Assembly: GCA_026134085.1 (NCBI GenBank)
Contig: JAOQIN010000001.1
Coordinates: 21,344-85,343, forward strand
Length of the DNA stretch: 64,000 nucleotides
Origin: Candidatus Methanoxibalbensis ujae
Lineage (GTDB): Archaea > Halobacteriota > Syntropharchaeia > Alkanophagales > Methanospirareceae
Direction: 5' to 3'
The notes under the pieces are model-generated. The model worked only from the letters and a program-made list of their open reading frames with translations, ran no database searches and had not been told where the DNA came from. Of this stretch, positions 1-10,900 are shown one piece after another (the stretch's first letter is position 1; each line of letters opens with the position of its first letter). The position numbers and the translations under genes were made by a program.

Positions 1-65
1 TTGATGAAATGCCTCGCTGCTGCCGATGACGCTGCTGCCGATGACAGCGCAGGAAGTCAGGCGCA

Positions 66-77
66 TTTTTATAAAAA
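66..77 (+). promoter_or_regulatory. Putative TATA box for rps14
   Basis: TTTTTATAAAAA about 25 nt upstream of the ATG at 99. Confidence 0.5.
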
Positions 78-98
78 GAGGAGTCGCTACATATAGTG

Positions 99-254
99 AT
101 GGCGAAGGAGCGTCGGAAGATATACGGGAGAAGTGCACACGAATGCCGAAGATGCGGGCGCAAGCGAGGATTAATACGCAAATATGGCATATACCTGTGC
201 AGGCAGTGCTTCCGCCAGATAGCAAAAGATATCGGGTTCAGAAAGTATAATTGA
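99..254 (+). CDS. rps14: 30S ribosomal protein uS14 (S14P, zinc-binding); not in supplied ORF track
   Basis: Manual translation [51 protein letters not shown]; CxxC...LCRQCFR signature; precedes S8. Confidence 0.95.
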   Translation: MAKERRKIYGRSAHECRRCGRKRGLIRKYGIYLCRQCFRQIAKDIGFRKYN

Positions 255-356
255 GAGGTAAGGAGATTGAGATTGTGATGAGATGATGATGATGAAAATG
301 AAGATAAAGATAAAGAGAGGGGAAGAAAGGAGAAAGAGGAACAGGGAGGATTGAAA

Positions 357-749
357 ATGTCGCTGAATGATCCGCTCTCAGACGCTTTGTCGCACATAAA
401 AAATGTTGAACATATAGGTAAAAGGGAGTGCATAATAAAACCTGCGTCAAAATTGATAGGAAATGTTCTGAGAGTGATGCAGGAAGAGGGATATGTGAGG
501 GAATTTGAGTTCATAGATGATGGAAAATCGGGAATGTTTCGTGTGAAGCTTTGCGGAAGGATAAACAACTGCAATGCTATAAAGCCGAGATTTCCAGTGA
601 AGGCTCGCGAATATGAGAGATGGGAGAAGCAATACCTGCCCGCAAGAGACTTCGGAATACTTATCGTCACGACTTCAAAAGGGGTGATGTCACATCGCAC
701 TGCGATTAAAGAGGGTGTGGGCGGTCGTCTGCTCGCATTTGTCTATTGA
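357..749 (+). CDS. rps8: 30S ribosomal protein uS8
   Basis: [16 protein letters not shown]...[20 protein letters not shown]...GGRLLAFVY. Confidence 0.97.
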   Translation: MSLNDPLSDALSHIKNVEHIGKRECIIKPASKLIGNVLRVMQEEGYVREFEFIDDGKSGMFRVKLCGRINNCNAIKPRFPVKAREYERWEKQYLPARDFGILIVTTSKGVMSHRTAIKEGVGGRLLAFVY

Positions 750-848
750 GCGTCGAGAGATTTCAATTCTGAAAGGGGATATTCTCAAAACGAGCGAGTG
801 ATAATCTCACATAAACTCTGTTGGCGATATTAAAAACGGAGGTGAGAG

Positions 849-1139
849 ATGGGGGAGCCGCCACCAACTGTGAAAGTGAGGTTTTACGCCACACTGCGCG
901 AGATAACGAACACTGCAGAAATTGACATAGCGTGTGAGAGATGTCGGGATGTTGGGGATGTGTTGAAAGTGCTCATCTCAAAATTCGGGGATGCTTTTGA
1001 GAAGGAGATATATGAAAAAGGAGATCTGAAAGTGAAGATATTACTGAATGGTCGTGATATTGAGTTCATAGATAGGCTGAGGAGTGCAGTATCAGCGGAT
1101 GATGTCCTTCATTTGTTCCCTCCGATAGGCGGTGGATAA
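849..1139 (+). CDS. MoaD/ThiS/SAMP ubiquitin-like sulfur carrier
   Basis: VKVRFYATLRE N-terminus, ILLNG, C-terminal LFPPIGGG di-glycine. Confidence 0.9.
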   Translation: MGEPPPTVKVRFYATLREITNTAEIDIACERCRDVGDVLKVLISKFGDAFEKEIYEKGDLKVKILLNGRDIEFIDRLRSAVSADDVLHLFPPIGGG

Positions 1140-1423
1140 TTTTTGTCCTCTCAAAGCAATTGTTTCAATTCATCCAAACCGCCAACATCCAACACTGACA
1201 TCCAACACCGCCAAACGCCGAAGTTCGCCAGCGCTCCACTCATCTGAGCGCTCTTTATATGCTGCTCGCCGCAATTTTTTCCATTTTTTTCCATTATTTT
1301 ATTTCCATTATCCATTATTTCCATTATTATGATTGAATTATTATGATTGAGACAGGAGAAGAGCGTGCTCAATCTGCCTATCACGAATCATGGGGGATAA
1401 GACACAGCCACTCACAAAGCCAC

Positions 1424-1960
1424 TCACAATAAATGCTCCTTCACGAAATCCGCAATCCTCCTCGCACACTCCTCAGCACTCATTTTTTCCGTGTCAACGA
1501 CGACTTCGGGATGCAAGGGCTCTTCGTAAGGCACATTCACGCCTGGAACCGTTGCATGCTCTTTCAAAGCCTTCCTGTAAATTCCTGCAGGAGAATGCCC
1601 GGTTTTCCGCACTTTTTCACGATTCATCGCAGTTGAAAGCGAGCATTTCACATGAACTTCCGCAAACCTCTTAATAAGCGACCTTGCACGCTCCCTGAAA
1701 CGACGGCGGTTTGCGGTTGCATCGATTATAACAGGCTGACCGCACTCAACAAGCAGCTTCGCCATGTATGCGAGTGCGGCATAGACAATCTCACGCTCCT
1801 CCTCTGAGTATGTTGGGTGAGGCGTCAGAAACTTCCTTATTTCGTCAAGCTCAAGAATCCTTGCGGAAATCCTCATATCACTGAGCATTTCACGCAGTCT
1901 CATTGCAATCGTCGTCTTCCCGCTTCCTGGAATTCCAGTGAGCCAGATCGCAAAACTCAT
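1424..1960 (-). CDS. cysC: Adenylylsulfate kinase-like P-loop kinase
   Basis: IWLTGIPGSGKTT P-loop; PGVNVPYEEPLHPEVVVDT C-terminal motif of the APS kinase family. Confidence 0.8.
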   Translation of the reverse strand: MSFAIWLTGIPGSGKTTIAMRLREMLSDMRISARILELDEIRKFLTPHPTYSEEEREIVYAALAYMAKLLVECGQPVIIDATANRRRFRERARSLIKRFAEVHVKCSLSTAMNREKVRKTGHSPAGIYRKALKEHATVPGVNVPYEEPLHPEVVVDTEKMSAEECARRIADFVKEHLL

Positions 1961-1984
1961 CTCCTCCGCCCCTTCCCGTTCTCA

Positions 1985-2054
1985 CATCGTGGGATTCGCA
2001 TCGTGGGATTCGCATCGTGAGATTCGCATCATGGGATTCGCATCATGGGATTTT
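1985..2054. repeat. 14-bp tandem repeat x5 (CATCRTGRGATTCG)
   Basis: Read directly; no spacers; last unit overlaps the nifB stop codon. Confidence 0.9.
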
Positions 2055-2948
2055 CACATCTTTTCCGAGTTTTCCGATGGCATCTGCCCTGCACCGACGG
2101 CAATGCATCATCTGCTTTATGTATTTTGCGCATTCTTCCTGCACTTTCCTCTTCTGCTCAGGCGAAGGAGGCGGTATATCCGCGAACTTGAACTGAGGGA
2201 TGAGCGGTATGATGTTATGGATGTAAGCGCCGAGCGCTGAAATGCGCTTTGCAATTTCCACAACATGCATGTCGTTCACTGTTGGTATTAACACTGTGTT
2301 AACTTTAACCAATATTTTCCTTTTTACCGCCTCCTCAACTCCCTTCAACTGATTCTCAATTAAAATTCTCGCACCTTCTTCGCCGCTGTATCGCCTGTCA
2401 TGATAGTTGATGAAGGAATATATGTTTTTGCCTATCTCAGGGTCAATTGCGTTTATCGTGACAGTGATTGTTGATATTCCGAGAGAATGAAGCTCATCTA
2501 TTTTCTCAGGAAGCAACAAGCCGTTCGTGCTGACGCATCTCAACAGGAAAGGAAATTCCTCCCTGAGCAGGCGAAATGTCTCAAATGTCTCACTGTTGAA
2601 AAGCGGCTCCCCAGGACCTGCAACCGCAACCACTTTTATGTAATGCAGCCTTTTCATCACTTCACGAACGCGCTCAATCGCCTCTTCAGGCGTCAGAACC
2701 TTGCTTGTGACGCCGGGTCTTGATTCATTCACGCAATCAAATTTGCGAATGCAGTAATTACACTGAATGTTGCACTTCGGAGCAACAGGCAGATGCATCC
2801 TGCCAAAAATGTGGCATGCTTCCCTGCTGAAACACGGATGTTCTTTTATTTTCCGAAGCTGCACGGGGTCAAATGGAACTTTCCTCCCCTCAACAACAGC
2901 GTATGACTGCTCATCGCCTCCTTCGCTTCTCCTTGATACAGAATGCAT
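2043..2948 (-). CDS. nifB: NifB-like radical SAM protein (no NifX domain)
   Basis: HPCF, RMHLPVAPKCNIQCNYC, ESRPG, AGPGEPL, CRRCRADA motifs; start placed at 2948 because the upstream part of the 459-aa ORF is antisense to tiaS. Confidence 0.88.
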   Translation of the reverse strand: MHSVSRRSEGGDEQSYAVVEGRKVPFDPVQLRKIKEHPCFSREACHIFGRMHLPVAPKCNIQCNYCIRKFDCVNESRPGVTSKVLTPEEAIERVREVMKRLHYIKVVAVAGPGEPLFNSETFETFRLLREEFPFLLRCVSTNGLLLPEKIDELHSLGISTITVTINAIDPEIGKNIYSFINYHDRRYSGEEGARILIENQLKGVEEAVKRKILVKVNTVLIPTVNDMHVVEIAKRISALGAYIHNIIPLIPQFKFADIPPPSPEQKRKVQEECAKYIKQMMHCRRCRADAIGKLGKDVKIP

Positions 2949-3093
2949 GCTTTTATCGTTGAGCTTTGAATTATATATCGTATTGTTTTTGTGTGCATTT
3001 TCAGTTGCTTCAGTTGCGGTGAGTTCAGGCTGCGAGCTCCGGTCTGACAGATCTTCCGGCGGGTGTGAGAAGAGAAGTGAGGTACTGTGAGGA

Positions 3094-4647
3094 ATGCTTG
3101 TAGGTATTGATGACACGGATTCGCGGAAGGGCATGTGCACCACATATCTCTGCGCTTTAATCGTGGACGAGCTGAGGGAGCGAGGATTTTCAGTGTCAAC
3201 GCCGATGCTCGTGAGATTGAACCCTGCAATACCTTTTAAGACAAGAGGGAACGGCGCAGTTTCCCTAGAAGTGCGAAAGCCGGGCACTTCCTCAAAATCA
3301 TCGCCAGCAGCATCATCTGAGGAGCCAGCAGCGTCCATAGAGTCCATAGGGTCCATAGGGTCCATAGAGTCCATAGAGTCCTGGGAAAAATATGTGCGAT
3401 CGTTTGTGATTGCATGCATCAATGATTATGCGGAGGTGGATGATGAGAACACGCATCCAGGTGCGGTATTTGCATATGACAGCATTTTGAAAGAGATCTG
3501 TGAGGACAGGGATAAAAAGAACATTCTCACAGGGTTTTACACAAGTGCTGTGAAAACAATGCTGAACACAGAAGATGCGTTGCGTGTGATTTCAGCGCTT
3601 CGCCTGGATTTTTTCGCGATGAAAAATGGGAGAGGTGTGATAGGCGCGTTGGCAGCACTCTCGTTTAACGCCGCTCTCCGTCTGGGTATATCGCATGACA
3701 TCACATATGAGCTGCTTGCGTATCGTCGTAGGGAGAGGTGGGGAACACGCCGTGAGATAGATGAAGAGAGCGTGTGGAAAGCTCATCTCGCCACATATCC
3801 TCTGACATGGGACACGGTTGACGAGGAAAACAGGAAAATTGTGTTCGCGCCTCATTCTCCCTGCCCGGTGCTCTTCGGCATTCGCGGCGACAGCATACCC
3901 TCAATTCTCACAGCACGCAGCATCATACGCTCTGAGCCCACTGAACGTGAAATGATTTTCATCACAAATCAGGGAACCGACGCACATCTCATCAATTTCT
4001 GCAGAGAAGCGCATGAACTTGAGGAGTTTCAGTCCTATGTGATCGAGGGCACAGTCGTTGAACCTCCAAAAAATCTGACAGGAGGGCATGTCGTATTCAC
4101 AATTGAAACCCGCTGCAGGTGGAATGAGCACCGTGATGAAAAGAAAAATGTGAACAGTGCGCGCGATGAAAACTGCGGTGAAAAAAACGATGAAACAGAT
4201 GAAAAATATATTGACTGCATTGCTTACGAGCCGACTAAGCAGTTTCGTGATGTTGTTCGGAGATTGATGATCGGTGATGAAGTTGTTGTTTTCGGCACTT
4301 TCAAGAGGAACACAATAAACCTTGAGAAGTTATGTGTGAAGAGTCTTGTCCGCCATGTAGTCAGAAATCCAAGATGTCCCTCATGTGGAAGGCGCATGGA
4401 ATCCGCTGGCAGAGGACAGGGTTTCAGGTGCAGGCAGTGCAGGACTTATGAGCAAAAAAAAGCGGTTGAGCGCATAGAAAGAAAAATAAAAGAAGGCTTC
4501 TATGAAGTGCCTCCATCAGCAAGAAGACACATCTCAAAACCAATCGTGAGAATGCAACTCAACACGCTCCCTCAACACACCCCGCTCACACCACTACGCT
4601 CACACACCACACACTCAGCGCACTCTCTCAAAAGAGAGAGATTGTGA
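3094..4647 (+). CDS. tiaS: tRNA(Ile2) 2-agmatinylcytidine synthetase
   Basis: GIDDTDS..GMCTTY, LVRLNPAIPFKTRGNGA, TNQGTDAH, C-terminal Zn ribbon CPSCG..CRQC, RRHISKP. Confidence 0.95.
   Translation: MLVGIDDTDSRKGMCTTYLCALIVDELRERGFSVSTPMLVRLNPAIPFKTRGNGAVSLEVRKPGTSSKSSPAASSEEPAASIESIGSIGSIESIESWEKYVRSFVIACINDYAEVDDENTHPGAVFAYDSILKEICEDRDKKNILTGFYTSAVKTMLNTEDALRVISALRLDFFAMKNGRGVIGALAALSFNAALRLGISHDITYELLAYRRRERWGTRREIDEESVWKAHLATYPLTWDTVDEENRKIVFAPHSPCPVLFGIRGDSIPSILTARSIIRSEPTEREMIFITNQGTDAHLINFCREAHELEEFQSYVIEGTVVEPPKNLTGGHVVFTIETRCRWNEHRDEKKNVNSARDENCGEKNDETDEKYIDCIAYEPTKQFRDVVRRLMIGDEVVVFGTFKRNTINLEKLCVKSLVRHVVRNPRCPSCGRRMESAGRGQGFRCRQCRTYEQKKAVERIERKIKEGFYEVPPSARRHISKPIVRMQLNTLPQHTPLTPLRSHTTHSAHSLKRERL
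3333..3381. repeat. In-frame 9-bp tandem repeat (GTCCATAGR x5) inside tiaS
   Basis: Encodes SIESIGSIGSIESIES. Confidence 0.9.
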
Positions 4648-4771
4648 GGAGAAGCAGCCTCTTGAGCCTGCATCCATCCATCCTCATCTACATCCAGCCT
4701 CATCCAAAATCGGCTTTCCGTGTTGTTGTTGTGGTGAGGAGGAGTGAGTATGCTGTCAGCGCGCTATCATT

Positions 4772-5926
4772 TTAGTGACGGTGAAGGGAGCTGTGGACAA
4801 AAAAGAAGGATAGTGCGGAGAGAAGCAGTATCGTTGATGATGGAATAAACACTTTATCAGAGATTGATATGAACACAGCGGACAGTGCGGACCCTGCTAT
4901 CAACCCGCCTATCTTGGCGATCTCAAAAATGCCTGAGAAGGAGCCATATCTGGAGCGAGGCACGATGTCAGCCACCCTTGCCTCCATGAGAGGCTCTGAG
5001 ATGGTGTTACCGATTGATGCAAGCAGAACAAACAGTATGAGGACTTCGTATGATTCTGAAAAGCTGAGAGGTATTGTTGAAACAGCCGAGATAAACATTC
5101 CGATTCCCACGAAAGAAGTCTTCCCCACGCGATCGCTCACCTTTCCCAGCGGAATTTGAATTATGATGAATGGTATCAGGGATACTGCGAACCAGAGAGC
5201 GATGTGAAAATGTCTATATCCCAAATTTTCAAGGAAAAGTGGACCGAAAACCCACTTTGCCGCATACCAGAAATACAGAGAGAATGTGCAGAAAAAAAGA
5301 AATCTGAGCTCCTTTTGAGAGGATGCATTTTTTTCTTCTGTTTTCCTGTCTCTCCGCTCACGATCCTCCTCATTCACTGTCTCCTCAAGACAGAACACTA
5401 TGGGAAGAGATGCGAGTGTGAGAAGTGTTGCGAACAGGTAGGGGGAGCGAAGTCCAAAATACATCTCAAGTGTTCCAGCGATGATCACACCTGCAAAAAA
5501 ACCTGCGTTCGCAAATGTTCCGAATATTGATCTGAACTCCCCTCTCCGCTCAACAGGCGATATGTCTTTTACAAACGCTTCTCCTGTTATCCAGAGAGGT
5601 AATGCAAACAGCACAAGACCCGTTTGAAGCGGTATGAGTGCAATGGCCATCTTATTCACATAAAATGCGAAGAATATGAGCGAAGTTGACACAAATGATA
5701 TTATGAGCATTCTCTTCCTTCCGATCGTATCGGAGAGTCTGCCCACGGGAAAACAGAGGATGATCTCAACCATATATGCGACGCTCGCTATCAGCCCCAC
5801 AAAACACTCATCAGCGAAGAAAGAACGCAGATATCTCGGGTGAACAGTCGCAACAGCAGCTGATGATATGCAGAAGAACAGCATAGCCACCGAGAACGCG
5901 ATCAGTTGCTTTTGCTGCACCATCAT
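4772..5926 (-). CDS. MFS transporter
   Basis: About 12 hydrophobic segments; motif A GRLSDTIGRK and GKVSDRVGK. Confidence 0.9.
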   Translation of the reverse strand: MMVQQKQLIAFSVAMLFFCISSAAVATVHPRYLRSFFADECFVGLIASVAYMVEIILCFPVGRLSDTIGRKRMLIISFVSTSLIFFAFYVNKMAIALIPLQTGLVLFALPLWITGEAFVKDISPVERRGEFRSIFGTFANAGFFAGVIIAGTLEMYFGLRSPYLFATLLTLASLPIVFCLEETVNEEDRERRDRKTEEKNASSQKELRFLFFCTFSLYFWYAAKWVFGPLFLENLGYRHFHIALWFAVSLIPFIIIQIPLGKVSDRVGKTSFVGIGMFISAVSTIPLSFSESYEVLILFVLLASIGNTISEPLMEARVADIVPRSRYGSFSGIFEIAKIGGLIAGSALSAVFISISDKVFIPSSTILLLSALSFFFVHSSLHRH

Positions 5927-5942
5927 TTTATTTTATCAGTGG

Positions 5943-6920
5943 ATGAAACGGGAAAATATGCGCAGGGAATGGCTGCATGAGGCATCAGATGTCAGCGCGG
6001 ATGATTTCGAACGGATACTCAACGAATCCTCCAAAATACTGAGCGAGGAGAGGAGGAGAAGACTTGAAAGCGGTCTCATATACATATCATCGCGCAGAAT
6101 AATGGTTGTTGGAGATATTCACGGAGATCTTGAGAGTTTATCCCGTATCATCAACGATTTTTTCACATATAATGTTGACAAAATTGTCTTTCTTGGAGAT
6201 TATGGGGACAGAGGAGACAGAAGTGTTGAGGTTTATTATACGCTTTTGAGATTTAAAATGATTGTTGATGCGAGCGCTGAAGAGGAGCATGCCTCCGAAA
6301 CAGAGCGAGAGCGGAAAGATGAAGAGGCGCGCGTGATACTGCTCAGGGGCAATCACGAAGGTCCGCCCGACCTGCCTGTGCTCCCTCATGAGCTTCCGTT
6401 CTTCTTCGGAAAAAAATACGGAGCGCGAGGAAGGCGGTTGTATGAGAGAGTTGTAGCCCTCTGGGATCTTCTGCCTCATGCAGTTTTCGTAAAATGTGAG
6501 AGAGGCGGAGGTTACCTGCTCATGCACGGCGGCGTTCCTGAAAACACCCGGTCTGTGGAGGACATCGCATACGCACACCTGCGCCACCCGCAGACGAGCG
6601 ATTTTGAAGAGATACTGTGGAACGACCCGATGGAGGACGAAGGTTGCACATTTTCTATGCGAGGTGCAGGAAAGAGATTTGGTAATGATGTGACAGAGCG
6701 AGTTCTGCGCATTATAAATGCGGATACGCTCATCAGGAGCCATGAACCATGTGAGAATGGTTATTCAATAGCCCATAACGGAAAAATTCTTACTATTTTC
6801 TCGCGAAAAGGTGCTCCTTACTTCAATAATCATGCGGCTTATCTTCTTCTGAACAGCAGCGCATTGATAAAAGCGAAAAATGCATACGAACTCGCATCTG
6901 AAAACATCGTGATATGGTAG
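5943..6920 (+). CDS. PPP-family Ser/Thr protein phosphatase (metallophosphoesterase)
   Basis: GDIHG, GDYGDRG, RGNHE, HGG, LWNDP, RSHE, TIFS motifs; start uncertain (5943/5958). Confidence 0.88.
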   Translation: MKRENMRREWLHEASDVSADDFERILNESSKILSEERRRRLESGLIYISSRRIMVVGDIHGDLESLSRIINDFFTYNVDKIVFLGDYGDRGDRSVEVYYTLLRFKMIVDASAEEEHASETERERKDEEARVILLRGNHEGPPDLPVLPHELPFFFGKKYGARGRRLYERVVALWDLLPHAVFVKCERGGGYLLMHGGVPENTRSVEDIAYAHLRHPQTSDFEEILWNDPMEDEGCTFSMRGAGKRFGNDVTERVLRIINADTLIRSHEPCENGYSIAHNGKILTIFSRKGAPYFNNHAAYLLLNSSALIKAKNAYELASENIVIW

Positions 6921-6929
6921 ATGCAATGA

Positions 6930-7793
6930 TCACTTCGCACGCAGTGCATCGGCAATTGCACCTGCAACACTCACTTTGCTGAACGCAGACTCAACTGTAT
7001 CTGTGGATATGATGTCACGAATGCCAGCTTTGCGCATTCTCAATAGCGCATTTTGCACAAATATTCCATGAACGCACGCCACAAACACATTCATCCCTCG
7101 CAATAAAGACGCTGCTTCAGCTATTGTTCCGCCCGTTGATATGATATCGTCAACTATGATGGCGTTTTCACCTTCAAGTGCTTTGTGCTCTATTTCAACT
7201 TCTTCTTCGCTTATCCTCTTTTTCCTGAGCACCTCATATCTGACTTTCTCACCGAACTTCTCGTAAATTGCATCTGCGAATGATTTTGCCATATCCTCAG
7301 CGCCTTTATCGGGTGCGATGACAACGATGTCGTTGAGATCTGAGAAATATGATGACAGCAGGGGGACTGCGTCTATCTCACATGCTGGAACTGTGAAATA
7401 TCGCAACACATGTTTTGAGTGCACATTCACCACAAAGACACGGCGCACATTTTCAGCGACAGCGCTTACACATCTCGCAACCACGCGAGCGCTCACTGCC
7501 TCTCCCCGCCTGAACTGCCTGTCCTGCCGTGCATAGCCCATGTATGGAATGACGACATCAACAGATTCTGTGAGGTGAGAAGCGGCATCTATGAGCTGAA
7601 GCAGACACATGAGGTCAGCGTCTGAGCGTATGCTCTGCACAACTACTGCCTCCTCATTTCTCTCCATATCAACTCGTGTGTATATCTCGCCATCCGGAAA
7701 TTTTTTGAACTCACAGAAGGCGAGTTCACATCCGAGAGCATCTGCCACGCGTGATGCAAGAATCTGCGATGAGATTCCAGATGCCACTATCAT
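6930..7793 (-). CDS. prs: Ribose-phosphate pyrophosphokinase
   Basis: FPDGE, PYMGYARQDR, APDKGA, IVDDIISTGGT; start trimmed to MIVASG. Confidence 0.95.
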   Translation of the reverse strand: MIVASGISSQILASRVADALGCELAFCEFKKFPDGEIYTRVDMERNEEAVVVQSIRSDADLMCLLQLIDAASHLTESVDVVIPYMGYARQDRQFRRGEAVSARVVARCVSAVAENVRRVFVVNVHSKHVLRYFTVPACEIDAVPLLSSYFSDLNDIVVIAPDKGAEDMAKSFADAIYEKFGEKVRYEVLRKKRISEEEVEIEHKALEGENAIIVDDIISTGGTIAEAASLLRGMNVFVACVHGIFVQNALLRMRKAGIRDIISTDTVESAFSKVSVAGAIADALRAK

Positions 7794-7959
7794 CTCATCC
7801 GATTGGCAGCAAACTATATATTGATGGCTGTCGTGCTCACGATGGCGCCGTGCGGCTGTCCTCTCATCCTGCGGAGGATGCAATTTATATTTATGATGAG
7901 TGCGCAAGGAGTTTGCGAGTGCGTGAGGCGGTTGCGAGGAGAGCGGGTGTGTTCAAGCG

Positions 7960-10900
7960 ATGAATGCGCCACCTGAAGCAGAAAAGCGCGATGCAAAATT
8001 GAACAGCGGCGTGAGTGAGTCTTTGCGCAGACTCATAGCAGCAGTCCTCATGGCGGCATGCGGAATCACCTCAATCATCTCAATATTCTGGGCTGAGCCT
8101 TTCAATGCCCAGTTCTTCCTCGGAATTGTGGGTGCATTGTGCATACCAGCGGCATTATTTATACTGTCTGAATCCTATGAGAGAACGCTCATTATCTCAA
8201 TAATTTCCGTTGAATTTTTGATAATAGCATATCCAGTTGTTATATCCTTTGCGCCACATTTTGATTTTGATTTCAACTCCTATGCTGCTGTCGTGGTCAT
8301 ATGTGCTGGCATTCCTGCTGTATATCTCAGCGGTTTTCCGGATGAACGCGGAGCATCACGGCTCACTGTGTTCAATATTCTCTGGGCAATATTCGGAATT
8401 GCGCTGTTTCTCAGAGCTTTCCTGCCTTATCCGTATGTTTTCAGGGAACCTGTGAGATATGGTCCCGATGACCCCGTGTATCACATGCGTCTTGTGGAGA
8501 ACGCGCTCTTGGGCGATCATTTCCCATTCCGCATATTTTATGATGCATACACGTATTTTCCATTTGGCAGCCATCTGCATTTTGCACCTCTTTACGATCA
8601 AATTATGATATTTGCGGCATGGGTTATAGGTATGGGAAATGTAACACATGCTTTAATAGATGCTGTAGGTGCATATTATCCCGCAATTTTGGGAGCATGT
8701 GTTGTTTTTCCTGTTTATTTCATTGGTAAAACGCTTCATAATGAGATTACAGGCATCATCTCATCTGCTCTCGTTGCGGTTATACCGGGGCAGTTCTTCA
8801 ATCGCTCGCTTCTCGGATACACTGATCATCATGTCGCCGAGGTGCTTTTCAGCACGATTGCGATGCTCTTCCTCATTCTCGCAGTGAAGCATGCGAAGGA
8901 TGCGCAAGATCGAGTGAGAGATGTCGGGCGATCGATTCTCCTCGCGGATTTTGATGTTCGGAAGGACTGGGCAGTTGTTTTTTTCGCTTCAGGCGTGATT
9001 CTGCCCATAATAATGCTTCCATGGGCGTGGGGTCTCCTTATCTCATTCGCCTTTTTCTGCATGCTTCCTGTGTTCGCGATATTTGTGAGGGAGGAAGCGA
9101 AACCTCTGTTCTTCGCAATCGCAGCCGGAATATCGCTGGGCGTCTATCTCCTGATGTGGGTTGCTGGACTCATGTTCGCGTTCTTTATATTCATATATGG
9201 CATCCTCCAATACATCATTGATGTGATAAGTGGAAAGGATTTCTCATATTTGTGTGAAGTTCTTGCAGTTGAATATATCATTCCGCCTGTTATGCTCATT
9301 CCCTTTTACAATCTTTCGGCGTTTTATGATATAAAGCATGTGGCGACATTCAGTCTCGGGTTCATTGTTTTCTCATCTCCTGTCATTTTCAGGAGAATTG
9401 TTGAGCGCAGAAGCAGAGTTGCTGCTGTCAGCGCTTCCGTGCGTGGTGGAGGGAAGAGCGGGAGGAGTGGTGGCAGCGGAGGTGGCAGGAAAGCGGGAAC
9501 AGGGGGCGGTGTTGATTTTTTCATGCTTTCTTTTCCGTTTCTGACGCTTTTTCTGATTGCGATTGTCGGGTTTGCGGCGTTTCCATCTGCGACTTCAGCG
9601 GTTTTAGGTGCGTTCCGTGCTCTGGCGCCTTCTGGAGGTGCACAGACAATTGCGGAGGTCAGCCCGCTGTTCACGAGGAACTGGGCCTGGTGGACTGTTG
9701 AGCCGATAACGCTTTTCCTCTCATATCCCACATTTCTGCTGCTTGCATGGACGATCTTTGAGCGCCGTCGCCCCGAGCATCTTCTGATCTTGGTGTGGTG
9801 CATGGCAACGCTCGCAATAATCGGCGGCATAATCCCGACAATTGGACAGAACCGCTTCGGATACTACTTTGCTGTGAGCGCATCGCTTCTCACAGCGTTC
9901 TTCGTGACAAAGACATACGAAGCCATTGATACAGATCTCGGCGTTGAAGCGGTAGCGGAGCGAGGAGAGCGAGGAGAGCGAGGAGAGCGAGGAGAAAAAA
10001 AGACTGCGTTCACTGTGAGACGAGGGGTGAGCGCTGCCAGGAAGAAGGGAAGAAGAGAATACAGAGGAGCAGAGAGAGGCGAGTTTGATGTGATGCCGAT
10101 CGCTTTCGGAATATGCGTGCTGGCGTTGTTGATTGCTGGTGTGAAATATGTGGGATTATCCTCAATACCGGCATGGTTTGCATTTCTCGCAATTTTCGTC
10201 GTTTGGCTGTTCACCCGCCGGGAGAATCGTGGTGAGAAAAGCGAGAAGAACTTGCGCAGAGCGATGATTGCAATACTTCTCATCGCATTCATACTCTTCC
10301 CTTTCCCGCTGAACGCACTCGCAACACAGGGAGATTTTCCCTCAAACGGAAAGCCGGCTCTCATTTATTACTCGCAGTATATGGCATCTGGGCATCAGGG
10401 AGCGCCTGATGACTGGTATGATGCGCTTTTATGGATGAGAAACAACACGCCTGATCCGGGAATTGACTACTACACAACATACAAACTGAATGAGACGACA
10501 GGGCGCTACGATTATCCCGAAAGTGCATATGGTGTGATGAGCTGGTGGGATTACGGGCATATTATCACATTCATCGGACATCGCATCCCCAATGCGAACC
10601 CGTTCCAGGCGGGGATAGGTGGTCCTCCCGTTGTGAAATATTACGATGCAAACGGAGATGGCGGATACACAAGAGGAGAGACAATTGTCGCAGACAAAGA
10701 CGGAAACGGGAAATTTACGGAGGAAGATGCGGTTTTGTTCGGCGTAGTTCCAAGAATCAACGCAAAACTCAGGCGTTTCAGCATAGATGAGATGTATTAT
10801 GATGCCAACGATAACTATAAATATGATAAAGGAGAGGCTATTGTGCGTGACAATGATGGAGACAGCAGGTTCACAGATGGAGATGAGGTTCTGATGGGCG

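Noticed and set aside
26-250. 74-aa ORF in the supplied track
   Set aside because: Wrong frame; rps14 at 99-254 explains the sequence.
1151-1384. 77-aa minus-strand ORF
   Set aside because: Built from low-complexity short repeats; no motif.
1985-2054. Possible mini CRISPR array
   Set aside because: 14-bp units are directly adjacent with no spacers; no cas genes in the window.
2949-3422. N-terminal extension of NifB in the 459-aa ORF
   Set aside because: Largely antisense to tiaS and its 9-bp repeat; no recognisable domain; homology begins near 2948.
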